From: Mytilus edulis | Taxonomy: Eukaryota | Reading direction: 5' to 3' | Assembly (NCBI RefSeq): GCF_963676685.1 | Contig: NC_092352.1 | Span: 4,588,001 to 4,652,000, forward strand | Length of the DNA: 64,000 nt | Shown here: piece by piece, positions 12,601 through 27,600 of the stretch | Numbering within the stretch: the first letter of the stretch is position 1 | Layout: each line of letters begins with the position of its first letter | The notes under the pieces: model-generated | Database searches by the model: none | The model's input: only the letters and a program-made list of their open reading frames with translations | Told to the model about the DNA's origin: nothing | Program-made: the position numbers and the translations under genes

Positions 12601-15600
12601 CAGAAGTCTCCTTTCATTGACAATGTTAAAATCGAAGCCCATCGTTTATTTCTTTTCAATAAAAGGATAGCTATTGATGTCTGTTTGGATCTATTTATTT
12701 CTCAGTAAATGTCTCTGACGTATTAGCTACAGATGTTTTATGTATTCATATGTATGTATAAAGAAAATACTTATGCTCAAGTGTTCTCATTTGTACTTCC
12801 AATTTTTCCCTTTGGTTAGAATGAATGTTGTTTTTTGTATGCATGCTATCATAATCGAATGTACTACCTTAAACACTATACCTTAATGTATATCATGATG
12901 TATGTACATGGGATATGCATTGGGTTGATGGTATAGCTTGTTATTGTATACACATCCGACTTTATTATACTTTTCCAGAAGGAATCAGAACTTACGTTGT
13001 TACTTTTGTTGTACTTGTGTTGTAATTAATAAAAGACAATATTGATACACATCAGTTATAATTGTTTCTAGTAATTTAAAGTTAAGCTTTTTTATCTAGG
13101 GTTATATGTTTTGCTATCCGCTGACTTTATTTCGTTGAAACCATGGGTGTTATTCAACTTGTCATGAACTCCATATGCTATCATTTATTATATATCTTTA
13201 GTACTGCCGGTTACATAATTATAACGTTCAGTTTTGGGGAAAATATACATACCGTGTAATTTTTTTATAAATCAGCCATCAACATAACCCTTGTTGATCC
13301 TGTTTGTTCTGTCTAAATAGCAACATACTTAAATAAATATACATTATGTGTCAAGTATAATTAGTCAATTACATTATCCTTGTTTGATCCGTTCTGTCCC
13401 GTCTAAATGTCCATATACATAACAAAGTATAAATTATATGTTAAATGTTTTGTAAATTATCCAAAAACATTACCCTTGTATGATCCTGTCTGTCTTGTCT
13501 AAATGCCCATACACATAACAAAATAAACAACAGTACCAGTGATACAACTGTTGCAAACACCGCTGCATTGTTTTTTAAATCAAACTTTTCAAAGACACTT
13601 CCAAAATCGATCGTGTTTGGAGGCACGTAGAAAGTTGTGGCAAAACTGTTTCCGGGTGGACTGGAACATTCACAAACAGTCTCAGTGATTGTTGATGAGA
13701 CAGAAAGCTAAATAATAGAAAAATGGGTGTAGAAAGCATCATTTATATACAATACAATTATAGGCTAGTCAAGAGCAACTGGTATCACACCTGGCTTTTT
13801 ATGGGGTTGATACTGCTCTTTCATTTTCTATGTACTGTTGTGAAGACTTTTGCTCGCCTTTTCATCGATTTACGTTGTTTGTCTTTTTTATTGGTTTGAT
13901 CTCGACCTCTGAAGTTTGTTTATACCTTTTGTTTTCTTTTACTTCTTTTTACATTACATTAAATAAAAAAGCTACTTTATAAATTTGCATGATGCCTCTT
14001 AGCATTTTTGTATTAACCTCCATCTGGAACGCTGAAAACCATAAAATTTAAAGCAGTGCTTTCGGTATAATCCAGGAACTATATAACCAAAAAGGGACCT
14101 AAGTAGATACATATTACCAAAACTATCATGACGTCAACTTTGCCTAAAGGAGGAAAATCCTTAGATTCATAATCATTCTTAATTCATCAACGTATATTCG
14201 TCAGTGGCGAATATATGACTAATTATTCCACAAACAATGGTTTTCTGTGCTGGATAATGAATATAACACTAATAAATCTGCTTCGTCCGAAAGGTTGGAT
14301 GTTTCTATAATTCTTGGGTGCGAACTTTAGGAATACTATTAAAAGAACATGCCATTATTCTGCAACAAGAAATAATTGCAATTGTTTTCTTGTCAATATT
14401 TGAAAGTGATGATGCAATGATATACGTGAACGTTAAAGGAAATAATATAAAATGATATTACGTTATCTGTCTGAATTTAGGACAAAGAATATTAATACAT
14501 TTTTTTGTATATAAAACAGTTATGAAATGGGCTGAAAGAAAGGGTATATTAGTAAAGATATGTAGGTATTATTGAATTATATGATGTGTTAGTAATATGA
14601 ACTGTGTGAATTAATCGATTCGTTATTTAATATTGCGTATATACTAAACAAGGATATAATCTATATATCTTTTCAGTTACACTATGACTATCAATCTTTC
14701 AAATTATAAGTGACCTAAAAAATAAGAAGATGTGGTATAATTGCTACATGAAAATTATTCTAGATATGGTATTGCTCATGTACAATCTATTTCAAAATCG
14801 GTTAATTGGAAACATGGAAATTAAAAATAGGTTATAAACAAGGAGCCAAATCTCGGATGAGTTATGAAATTCCGATTGTCTTTTGCTTTTTATCGTCAGA
14901 TAATATAAATACATTGACCTTATGACAGAATTGAAACAGGGACTAGTATCACTGAAATAGCCGTATCAGAGGAGTAATTGTTATCAACGTGTTCAATATT
15001 GTTTTTGAATAAACAACAAAAAACTTAAATATTATTACTCGAAAGAGACGACATGCGTGCTAAAGTTAGAGTTCCTTCTCTGTCATAGAATATTACGTTT
15101 AGATTAAAAACGAACATGTTCCTTCGATGCACATTTTTCAATGGGCTCTACAAGGAGCGGCAAGGTTATAAGGTTGTTGGTGCAACGTTACCCATAGGGA
15201 GTATTTGTATGATGGTCTTGAATACCAAATTGAAATAGGACTACATTAATCATAAAAGACAAAATGTTAACCAGAATCATACCTGACATGACGTTTTGTT
15301 CCATTTCTGCTTTACAGTATCCCATACTCTACAACCAACCGTAGCACCAATAATTTCATATTCAACAATGGTAGTACTTAATGACCTTCTTCTTCTTGGT
15401 AATGTTGGTGCGGAAGCTTTTTCTGTTATTTTATAAACAACACAACGAAAAACAAACCGTATAATGGATATGAATTTGATAACACATAAAAAGTAAAATC
15501 ACAAAAATACTGAACTTAGAGGAAAATCAATTCGGAAAGTCCATAATCACATGGCAAAATCAAATAACAAAACGTCTGAAAAACGAATGGATAAGAATTG

Positions 15601-18600
15601 TCATATTACTGACTTGGTACAGGCATTTTCAAATGCAGTTTACTAAACTCATATTTTCAAAACGCAGTTTACTAAACTCATATTTTTACTTATACTAAAA
15701 AGACACGGTCTTGTACATATTATGTTATTTTCGAGTTTTTAAATACAGTATTAGTTTTTAAATACAGTTATTACTTAAAACATAATAAGATATGGTATGA
15801 TTGCCGAGGAGAAAACTATACATCAAAGACAACGTGACGTAGACGAGCATAGTTAAATAGCCACAAAACACATACCGTATGGAAAGCTATAAAAATTGTA
15901 TTAATTTTTGTAATTTATTTTACGGTAGAAGTTTTGTTACATTATTGTTTTGAAGCACTTTTAATTTTAATAGATGTATTCGTTGATTTGTTTATTTTTG
16001 TGTTTTTCACTTTTTTTTAATTGGAATGACAAATGCTGTAATAACGTTCATAGTAGTCTTAGGAACACCTCAATGATAATCAATAAATGAAAACTTTCCG
16101 TTTGTGTATTAGTTTATATTTATTTGTTAACGTTTTAAAATTAATATACCGTTTTGAATAAGGATTCCAATATACACGTTTGTTGGGTCGGCGTATATTC
16201 CCCGGTCCAGTATCACTGTTATTTCGCTGCTGCTCAACCAGTCGCTGGAATCTGTGATTTTCTTCAAGTCATACTCGTCTTCCGTTGGCGGTTCTTTCTT
16301 CCGAATGTAAATAGTGTGATTAAGGTGGTCCATGGCGTTATTTATACTGATTATCAAACTGTCTGCAGGAGTCTTCCAGTACATTTTATACATCAGCATC
16401 TGTGAAGTGGTTTCATTTTTATCTACTGGAATGGCTACATTGATAGTTTTTCTTGGTGGTACTAAATCAGTATTTTGTAGTTTAATTTTAGATGGTATTG
16501 CTGAGTTTGTTGTATTGCCTTCTCCCACTGACACAGTTACCGTCTTAGATGATATGAACTTAGACTCTTCATCCCAAGAAAATGGTGTGTGATCATATAA
16601 TGTTACCTTTAAAGAAAAATTACCATCATTAATTATATCGAAAAGTAGGTAAGACACTTAAATATTAATTCTACGTATACATAAAAAGGAAATAACTTTA
16701 TCTACTGCAATTCAATTGGTACCGTTATTAATACAAACACCGAATAACAGTAAAAGATCACTCAACAATGTTTCATACATAAGACATATATCTTTACCAA
16801 GCATTAATATTTATATCTATTCCAGTTTAGACAAGTTGTAAACGTCTTTAAGGATGTTTGCTCCTCCATTTTTTATATTTTTTGCCAGATGTTCAATATC
16901 CTCTGGTTTTATCCATGTATTGTCATTACAAAAATTTGCCCACTAACCCCTACTTTTCTTTTCATAATTTTATTACATAAAGTTTAAAAAGCCATATTTC
17001 AAAATTGTATAAAATTCTTGTTTTTTTTCGTAGTTTTTGAAACAAATAAGGTGCCAATGTTAAATATATGAAAAATCTAGAGAGAATTATTTCCCGCCAT
17101 ATTTTCAATGGCTTATATCTCGAAAATGAGCACACGGACCCTCCATTTTTTTTCTACTTTTTGAGTCTCTTTATTAATATACTATCAATTCATAATAGGC
17201 TTTTAAAAAGCTTAAAAGTTATTTTTTAACAGAGTAGCGAACATCCTTAACAGAATTAACAGATCATTAGAAGAACAAAAATTTAAACACAATACAAATG
17301 AATATTTTCAACACGTTTTCTTTTCCTTTGTTTTAAGTTTTGATCTTTAGTATATATTGACTTATGATAACAATCCATGTTTAGAATCTGTTATCATTGC
17401 ATGTACCTGTACGGCTTGCTCTTGTAGCGACTGGGAATCAGATTCTACAAAACTCAAATCTACTTCATTGTTCTGAAACCCATTCTGAATCAGCTCCCCT
17501 ATCAGTTTCTGGTCTTCTGTGGAATTAATGTGTCCATTCTGAACGTAGACAGGCATCTGTTTACGATAGTTCAACCTCTGAAGCACGTGGCCTATATTTG
17601 AAATACTGTCCAATAGTACTTGGACTTCATTTTTAACCTACATGTAGAAATTGTTCAGAAAATATTAATAAAATAAAACGAAATTTAAAAAGTTAATTTG
17701 TGAAAGATCCTGCGAATAAACTTTCCAGACATTTGTAAATATTCCTATAGAGATAAAAAAAAAGAAAGAAAAAAAAGAAAAAAAAAGAAGAAACAAATGT
17801 AACAATATGACAAAAATAAAAAAGATAGTAAAGCAAAACATCGCCACACAACTGTAAAGAGAAAACGATGATTGAGTTACGCGAAATTCAACATAAAAAC
17901 GAAGGTAGACACATGTGTTGGAAGGTTGACATCATGTCTTATCCTTGATAAACTCCGTTCGGCACTCGTTGGTTGTATGTTTTGTTTAGTCAAAGGAGAC
18001 AAACAGCTCGATGATTAAGGGCAAAATCTTTTTTAACTTATATGTTTTCGATTATTTTATTTATATTATGAACACAATAACTATGATTATTTTTTTTTTA
18101 TCTTATTGAAGCAAAATTCAATTAAATTCTCTTCACCTGTTACATCGTCTTCCTACTCTGAATGCTGGTAAATTAATGTATAGAAGTTTTACCCCAATGG
18201 AAACTTTAGACTTTTGACTGTCCAGACTATGTATTTTGACCGTGCCTAATCAAAGAAGTTACAGAAAGACAAGTTCTGTGAATAGAAACTTGTTTTATTC
18301 TTTTGAATTGCTTTTTTTTGGGGGGCGGGGGGGGGGGGGGGTATTTTAATAATTAAGGTTCAGAGATAACCCTTGTTTCAAGTCTCTAGTATCTTTCCTA
18401 TACGAAATGCAATTGGAAATTGAAAACCCTCACTGAATAATTTATGTAATTTTGAAGGCAGAAAGCTGACAACCTTCCTCAATGTTGTTGCTTATGCAAC
18501 GTCACTAGTGCAAAAGAAACCGATTACCATTCTAGAGCATGAGAATTTATATTAGTTTATAGTGCGATTTGTTTTGCCAAATTTGTATCATACTGTGTAG

Positions 18601-21600
18601 TGTTTTTATTGTCTGTTGATCGTTTTTATTTTCCTGGTTTTTTTTTTGGTTTTTTTTTATCTTTTTTTTATCATGGTGTTGTCTGTTGTCTTTGAGCTTG
18701 GTTTTTGATTGACTTCTTTGCATTTTGGTTCTCTCTCCTTTTAAATGGAAAACAATGTTAAGGACGTTTAAAAAACAGAAAGGAGTTTGAACTTAATAAA
18801 GTTTGAGGTGGGACTTTTTCCTTATCTTTCTTTTTAGATTGAAACTTTTTAATGAAAGAAATACGCTTCTCCATATTTCACATTCTAAAATAAAAAAAAT
18901 AAAAAAAATCTTATGTATTTAGTATTGCAATTCGTATTTTACGAGACCTGGTGTTAAAATATTTTAGAAACGATGAATAGCTGATATGCACAATTGTTTT
19001 TCTTGAATTAAATTTAATTGCTGGACAGATTTGTTATAGTAAAAGTGCAATGATAAGTTAATATTGATATTGAAAGACCTTCGAACAAAACGGGATGTTA
19101 AGATCACAGAGCCCGAAGAACGAGGGATTTGAAGCGCCCGTTTTGTGAGGATGTCTTATAATAGCAATGTAAACTTATCATTGAATATTTTCTTACTTGC
19201 AATCCGTCAAAAACGTAAGAAAAGTCCACATAAAAAGTACTTGAAGAAGCCTTACTCCTCTTAATTTGACGAGTCTAAATATATATTCAACTTAAATGAT
19301 AGTAAACAGAAGTCAGACTGATATATACAAATAACAGTTACCTAATTGCATTGAAAACAGACCGATTAAATGACAGTACATCATTTAATTATTTAATTAT
19401 TATCAAGTTTGTAGCTTTAAATTAACACCATAGAATAGTTTATAAATTTAAGGGATAGATTTATATTTGTGAATTCCAACGTTTCAAATGAACGATTTTT
19501 TTTCTTATAAAAGAGTAAATCAAAATCCTTTACAACTAGCTAATGGATGATCAGTGCAAGAACTATTTGATGTTTTTAACCTGTCAGTTATGATGAAATA
19601 GATTCGGCAAAGTCCAGACCATATGAAAACAGTAAGTAAACCTCTTCCAACAATTAGTTATTTTTAAAAACAGCTTGTTAAACAATTTTGAATCGAACAG
19701 ACCTAAATAATCATAAATGCATAAGGTCCTTCATACTATTCAGGTAGATGTTTTTTTTTTTTTTTTTTTTGGGGGGGCGAGGGGGGATTGACTCTGAAAC
19801 TCGCCTACACTATTTATTAAAAAAACTATGCCTTTGGACTTAAATGAATAATAGTTATCAAAGTTACCAGGCTTATAATTTGATACGCCAGACGCGCCTT
19901 TCGCCTACATAAGACTCATCAGTGACGCTCAGATCAAAAATAATAGCAATTGCTTTGAAATAGTCTAAATGTAACATCTTTAGAATCATGTAATGTGGGT
20001 TTGAGTGGCTCCATCAAAACGTGTATAAATAACATATTTTGGCAAGGTTGATCATCATTCTTAAAATGAAATACAATGTATTACATGAAAACACACACTT
20101 TTATTTTAGTCATCCGTCATTCCCTTTACACGTCTAAATGAAGCATAAACCCCTTGAAAAACAATCCCTTTTTTTAGTTGTATAACTGTCTGACATAATG
20201 ATATATAATAGATCATAATAAAACAGAAGTTCAAACAGTTGTTAGAAAATATTTAAAAAAAAATTAGATATTAATGTTCAGTCATGTATAGTTAATAACA
20301 AAAACGTAACTAAAAAATGAAAAAAAAAGTTTGCACTATTATTGAGTGATAAAAATGGTAATTTTACATTATAACATTGTACAATATCTTGTCTTTGTGT
20401 ACTGTTTACATGGAATAATTTATGAAGTTGATTGATTGTTGTTTGCCTAACTTCCGGTGGCATGTTAACGACGAGAACACATAAATTTGAAATACAATAT
20501 ACGTCTTGCAATAGGAGGTTGGACGGGAAACTTGGAATGCCACTGGAAAATGAGTAAAATTGAGAATGGAAATGGGGAATGTGTCAAAGAGACAACAACC
20601 CGACCAAATAAAAAACAACAGCAGAGGGTCACCAACAGGTCTTCAATGTAGCGAGAAATTCTCGCACCCGGAGCCGTCCTTAAGCTGGCCCCTCAACAAA
20701 TATATACTAGTCCAGTGATAATGAACGCCATACTAATTTCCAAATTGTACACAAGAAACTAAAATTAAAATAATACAAGACTAACAAAGGCCAGAGGCTC
20801 CTGACATGGGACAGGCGCAAAAATGCGGCGGGGTTAAACATGTTTGTGAGATCTCGACCCTCCCCCTATACCTCTAACCAATGTAGAAAAGTAAACGCAT
20901 AACAGTATATACTGGATAAGGACAGAAATATAGCCTTGCAACAGCTGGCCACATTCGGACCCCTAAAATAATTGGTGCAAGAATTTTTAATTTGCAGAGA
21001 GCGTTGGTGCATGGAATCTACTCTGAAGTCGGTCATCGATATCTACGTGTAGTTTCCAATATCATTTAACGTATCCAATTATGGTTAGATATATTTAGTT
21101 CGCTTTAGTAACTGTGAGAATTCTATGAAACTGTATTATTTATTGTACTTGAGTTTTGGTATGTCATTCTATTTTACCGACCGCCAGGATGGTCTCGTTG
21201 GAGCGTGTTTCTCGAGAGCGACCAGGTCAAACAAAGATGTTGAAATTGGTATTTTCTGTTTCAACGTTTAACATGCGGCATTTACGAGTAAGATAAAAGA
21301 CTGGTCGGCTCGGAGTCAGAGTAGGGTGACTTTTCATCATTTATTTTTCCGTTACTATATAGTGAAGTGATTTTCTTGTACTAGTTTATATAACACCTTC
21401 TTTGATTTCCACTGATCGAAATTAAAAAGGGCAGGTGATATTTTTCAACCACACAAAATGAGCTTGTGTCTGTTGGGATATCTTTGACGGTAAATAATAT
21501 TATATTAAATGTGCCTGTTGGGATATCACTGACGGTAATAATATTAAATTAACTCCGCATTTTTTAGTCATGGGGTGGTTTTGGGCTTATTATTATGTAT

Positions 21601-24600
21601 AGACATTTTCTATTACAACACTGTATGTTAACTCTTAATGTTTTGATGTGTCTGTGTCATTTTGTGGCTGCCGAATTAATGTATACCCTTATCCCCTTTT
21701 ATTCAAACACAAAGGATTGACTTGGGTTTAAATATATTGACATCTCTGGACTTCTCCCGTCCCACAGTAAACCATTGATAAAGGGTGCGTCTGTTTGGCT
21801 GTGTGGATGAATAGATACGCAGCTACGTCCGGTCGAAAAAGAAATGTCGTATATCCGATGCTTCGTGTAGTGATAGTTTCACACTATCTATACGTTAAGG
21901 AACCATTTGAATAACTCTTTGAGGGGGAAAAGAACTACACACAAGTTAAATGATTGAAATTTTTAAAAAGCAACAAAGGTCAGCTAAATCGTAAAATATA
22001 TCTCATGGCGGATTTTAACACATGTTTTGCGCCGTTTTCAAAGACAATTGTTGATGAAGAAAAACTTTATATAAATTGTTGCCCTTAAAAACATTTTCTG
22101 TTATCCATTTTTGCCTCTTTGACAACTATACATGTACCAGATTAACAAAAACACACCAAATTTTGTCACCAAGACACTGTCATTGTTGTTCGCTTCAACT
22201 ATACGAGTAATTGCCACTTGATGATGATTTTTTTTCTATTATACTCGCCTCTTCTTAGTTAGACTGGATGGGATACGATGTAACCCCTGGTATGGACAAC
22301 GTTATTAATTTGTTTTTTTAAATGGAAAGAGACAAACGAGGAAGGAAATGCTTTATTGCAGATCTTCTTGCTGTTTGTGAAAAAAATCTAAAATAAATAA
22401 ATAAAAAAATACAAAACATCAAAAGTCCTTACACTATTTAATTATGATTCCATTCTTGGTCTTCAAACGGCATATGATAAATCAATCATGTTGTCGGTCG
22501 CCCTTTTGCCATTCGACATTTGTTTTTAGCATTGGCATAATTAAAAATCCGAACTCAAATAACGGTTAAGTTAGTTTAATGTAATATTCAACTGAATGTT
22601 TGGTTACCATCATAAAACTTTTATTTCAGGTAAAACTGAGAACTATTTACAAAAAATATCAAACGTATGTAGGATCCACTATTATTGACGTCTTTAATCC
22701 GATCCATGTAAATGCAAATTCAAAGATGTCATGTCCACTGAAACCCTCGCTTAGAAAGCAAATATAAAATCAAATATCTAAAAATTGAAAAATGTTTGAG
22801 ACAAATATCAACTGCAGACTAATGATCATATATCACTAAATGAAGCTGATTAATTGGATGTTCCCTTTACGTTCAGTGGCAAACATGTCATGCATATTCA
22901 TGACGAGATGTAAAGTTTGTCAATCTGAAACAAATGTTAACAATTTTAGAGTGACGCTTTAATTAGATAGAGCGTTGGCTAGAGATAAAACGAATGTTGT
23001 ACTAGAATAAATTTAAACCATGATCAAAATCGTAAGTTAAGATATTAGCCCCCACCCCTTCTTTTTTTCTCCACGATTGACGAATGCCAAAAACAAAACG
23101 ACACGAATGTACAACAAATACCGGTCACTAAAAGTAGATGCACTTATTTTGCATATAAATTCCTATTGCAGCTAAAATTTTCCGGTTTCGGACAGGTTTC
23201 TATTTCCAATCAAATACCGTCTGAATATTAATCGGAGATAATAAACCAAAAGCACTTTAATTCTTTGAAATTATAAATTATGGTATTACGATGACTGTTT
23301 TATCCGATCCTATTTTTGATCCCCTGATTCTAAGCGGGTGTGTACATGCCCGATTAACTTTTGGTAAATAGAACCTCAATTTAGAGACCTACACAGGGTT
23401 AATAAGTTTCGTGGTACAATAAGTAAACCGAAGAACCTTTATTAAATGAGATCGTCCCAGGTATCTTAGACTATTTGTTTTGCGTTTAATAACAAAACAA
23501 TGAAAAATGCACGAGCAGGTTTGTAATTAAATTAACTGTATTAAATCTTAACTGTGTAAGATAACTCGGCTATGGTTGTGAACTTTACTTACAACATCAT
23601 TTTTAAAATCAGCATCCAGTTCATTTTTCATAGCGACCTGTGAAGCAATAAATGCTCTTTCTGCAGGCGTCAGATCAGCATTGTTTGGTTCCGATAACTC
23701 CTGTCTGCTGTAGATATATGTCATTATGGTATATATATCTAATGTTGCTGGTGTGTCCACTGATGTTTTGGGTAAGATGGCTTCCAAAGCATTGTTCAGG
23801 ACTCTTAACATACCTAAAACAGAATTCTTCTATTCACAACTTGCTGAAGAAATTAAGATAATTGTGTATAATGAAAACGTGTTTGCTACCAGACTTTAAA
23901 AATAACAATAAAGAATAAACATTTACATGTTGGATATTTGTACTGTAATTTGATGGTTTATTGTGTATAGCACAATACAAAGATTTATCATCCCCAATCA
24001 GACATCTAAAAACTGATGTAATTCCACTCATCTTTCTTTAAATGTTATAAATGAGGTACGAAAAGAAAGAAGAAGATTATTCTTTCAAATTGTGATAATT
24101 TCATTATGACATAATTATTACATAATTAATTGTTATGGAATTAGTTGCCGTATTGTGATGTTCATACTTAAAATGAATTTAGCTTCTTTGTTATTCATAG
24201 CATCCCAAAATATTTTATAGATTCTTGCACAACACAGTTTGACCTCCAAAACCGTGTCTCATATTTTTCCTATTGTATTTCATTCTCTCATTAATCTTAA
24301 AGTTTACAACATCAATTCATAAGAGACCACTAAATTCAATTGGGTATAAAATTTGTTCTATTGATGATTTTGGAAATCTGAGACACAGTTTTGGAGGTCT
24401 AGCTGTGTTGTACAAGAATCTATAAAATATTTTGGGATGCTATGAAGAACAAGGACACTAAATTCATTTAAGTGTGGACATCACAATATAGCAACTAATT
24501 ACATAATAATTATGTCATAATGATATTATCACAATTTGAAAGATTAATCTTTCTTCTTTCTTTTGGTACCTCATTTATAAAATATAAAGAAGGATGAAAT

Positions 24601-27600
24601 GAATTACTTCAGTTTAAAGTTGTCTGATTGTGCTACCTTAATACTGGTAACGTACGATATAAATTGTTCGAAGGATATGGATTATCAGATAATTGAATCA
24701 GAAATTTAATAAAAAAACTTTTTTTAAACCCTTTCTTATTTTCCAAAGAAAGAAAATCAAACAAACGAACAAATTAATTTTCTTCCTTTGACGATAAGAA
24801 AACTTTGTTTTGTAAGCATATGTACAATGTTACGCTGTTTACAAACTTTGTAAACTAATTATTTAAGACATTACCTTGACACGTAGAAATGTAGTCTTCA
24901 TACTTTGGATAGGTCTCATTATCTGTTAATATTAAAAGTTTTTCCAATAGACCTTTATTTCCTTCGAATGCCTTTGACTACAAAAATGTAAAAATAAAAA
25001 CATACTACCATTATTATTTAGAATTATTAAATTATCAACAATTATTTATTAATTTATTAGATATTTAAAAAAAATCACGTAGTGTAGTTAGTTAATGGCA
25101 AAAGACATTTATTATTCATTACTTCATGAATCACCTTCCTGAATACTTAAAATAAACACTTTTCAATATAAAAATGAGTGCTATAAATTTGTTACTTTTG
25201 GGATACCATACGGCATATTTTGTTAAAAGTGATCAAAAAGGTAAAATATACGACACAAGCTAAGGAAACAAGTGATCCATATGCTGGAGTTTCTTATTGA
25301 CAACATATTTGTCGAATTTAGAGGTAGACTTTTTCAACAAATTGTCGCATTCTTATGGGAACAAACTGTGCGCCTTTCCTTGTCGACCTTTTCTTATTTT
25401 CACATGAGTCGGAGTTCCTTCATACACTTATCAAAAACAAGAATATCAAAGAAGCCAGATCATTTAATTTTACATTCAGATATATTGATGATGTTCTTTC
25501 CATAAACAATCCAAACTTTTCTGATTGGGTTCCATAAATATATTTGCCAGAACTAGAAATTAAAGAAACAACAGACACGGCTTCCTCCGACTAATTTTTC
25601 TAATTATACCTCGAATTTGACAATAAGCGTTCATCTAAGTACCAGAATCTATGACAAAATAGACGATTTTAATTTTGAAATTATAATTCCCCCCACCTTA
25701 GTAGCAATTAATATACCATCTTCACTTCCATATGGGAAATGTATTTCAAAACTCAGTCGGTATCCAAGATATTGCAGCTGCTACTCATATTTTGTAAAAC
25801 GTCACTAGTGTCTGAGCAGAAAGTTGATGAACCAGGGTAATGTCAAAAAAACGTCTCGCTTCTTTTTCTGAAAAGGTTCACCGAAAGATACCCAGACCTT
25901 GCTGATAAACAGTTCGTACCAACTTTGCAAAAAATACATGATGGTGTTGATGTATAGATTCTAGGTACTGACGTCGTTTATCATCTTAAATACGTGTTAT
26001 AGTTCTTTTATTTGTCTTTGTAAATTATTAAAGTTTACTTTTTGGTCCATTTTTTGGTAATATTCTTTAGGCGTGGCTCGTCCTTTATTGCCATATTTTT
26101 TTGTTTTTATAGTGATTGAGATAATAACAAAATGTTGACAGCTGTACCCCTATTTTTGCCATTTTTACTTTTTATGTCTGTTTGTTCTGTTCACACATTG
26201 TTGTCAATATAAAGGAATTTAATGCGACTGTCATACATGTGGGAGGTTTAGCTAGCTTTAAAACCAGGTTTAATGCACCATTTTCTACATAAGGAAATGC
26301 ATGTACCAAGTCAGGAATATGACAGTTGTTTTCCATTCGTTTGATGTGTTTGAGTTTTGGATTTTGACCATTGTTAAGGGACTTTCCGTTTTGACTTTTC
26401 ATTGAAGTTCAGTATTTTTGTTGTTGCTCTTTTTCTGGAAGCGCGTCTTGTAAAAAATGTCATTTTTACTTGCTTTCATTTCGTATAGATTTTTAAAAAA
26501 CCCATTCAATTCTAATAGTTACAGATCGTCTTATTAAACTAAATTTTCTTCAAAAATGAGAATCGTAGATACAAATTCCTTATTTCAGGTCATGACAAAT
26601 CTAACTTTTTGAAGAACCGCACTTATTCAAACAACAAATACACCGAAGATGACTTTTGATCGTCAACATACTTGTTGAGTTTAATGGATTGATGTTTAAA
26701 CAGCTATTATTCCTATGGGTACTAATTAAGCATCCTACTAGCCGACATGTATGTGTATTGATATGAAGCAGTATTCATACACAACCTTATCGAGGAAAAA
26801 AATATCTTGCTAAGGTCTTTAACGTCACCTTCAGATATATTGATGATTTACCCCCTATTTCAGTGAGTGCTCGCATATCATATATCCCAGTGAATTTGAG
26901 ATACGGAATACTACCGAAACAAAAAAAAAATAGACTGTTTATATATAATTAATAACTTGATCTGTTCCTTTATATTGACAAAGATGGATAACTTCAAACT
27001 AAAATCTATAACAAACGTAATGATTACAGCTATCAAATTGTCAACACCTAATTTCGCGTAGTATACACTCTGTCCCATCGTACGGCCTTTACATATCTTA
27101 ATCAATACATTACGCTCGTACAGGTTCATACTATATCAATTCTTTAACAGGAGTTGGTACGTTCCTTGCGCAAAAACTGCTCCAACACAGTTTTAAAGAA
27201 ATACGACTGAAATTGACTTTACATCAGTTTTACGGTCACCTTCACGAAAAGGTTAACCTATACGATGTGTCTCAACAGACAAGAAATATCGATTTGCGTT
27301 GTATATCTTTATATAGCAGAATAGTTGTATAATGTTGTTCTATTTCCGACTGTTACTTTCCCATCAATTGTGGGTTCGCGTGGCAGGTGATGCACGCATA
27401 GCAGGAGACGCTTGCACTGACAAGGAATACGGTCGCGCTCCTTTTGAAGTTCATTCGATTGCATCACTTGTTTTTTTTCCTTGGATTGGATCTTCTCAAT
27501 CATCTTCGCTAGCCCAGGGTTACGATCCACTCCCGCTCTCTTCACCCTTGGCGGATTGAGATAAAATTTCGGAGACACAAGGTAAGGATTTTTATTGGTT

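Noticed and set aside
18137-18245. Exon-like stretch with AG/GT ends
   Set aside because: The flanking exons join phase 0-0; this segment has a stop in phase 0 and is not a multiple of 3.
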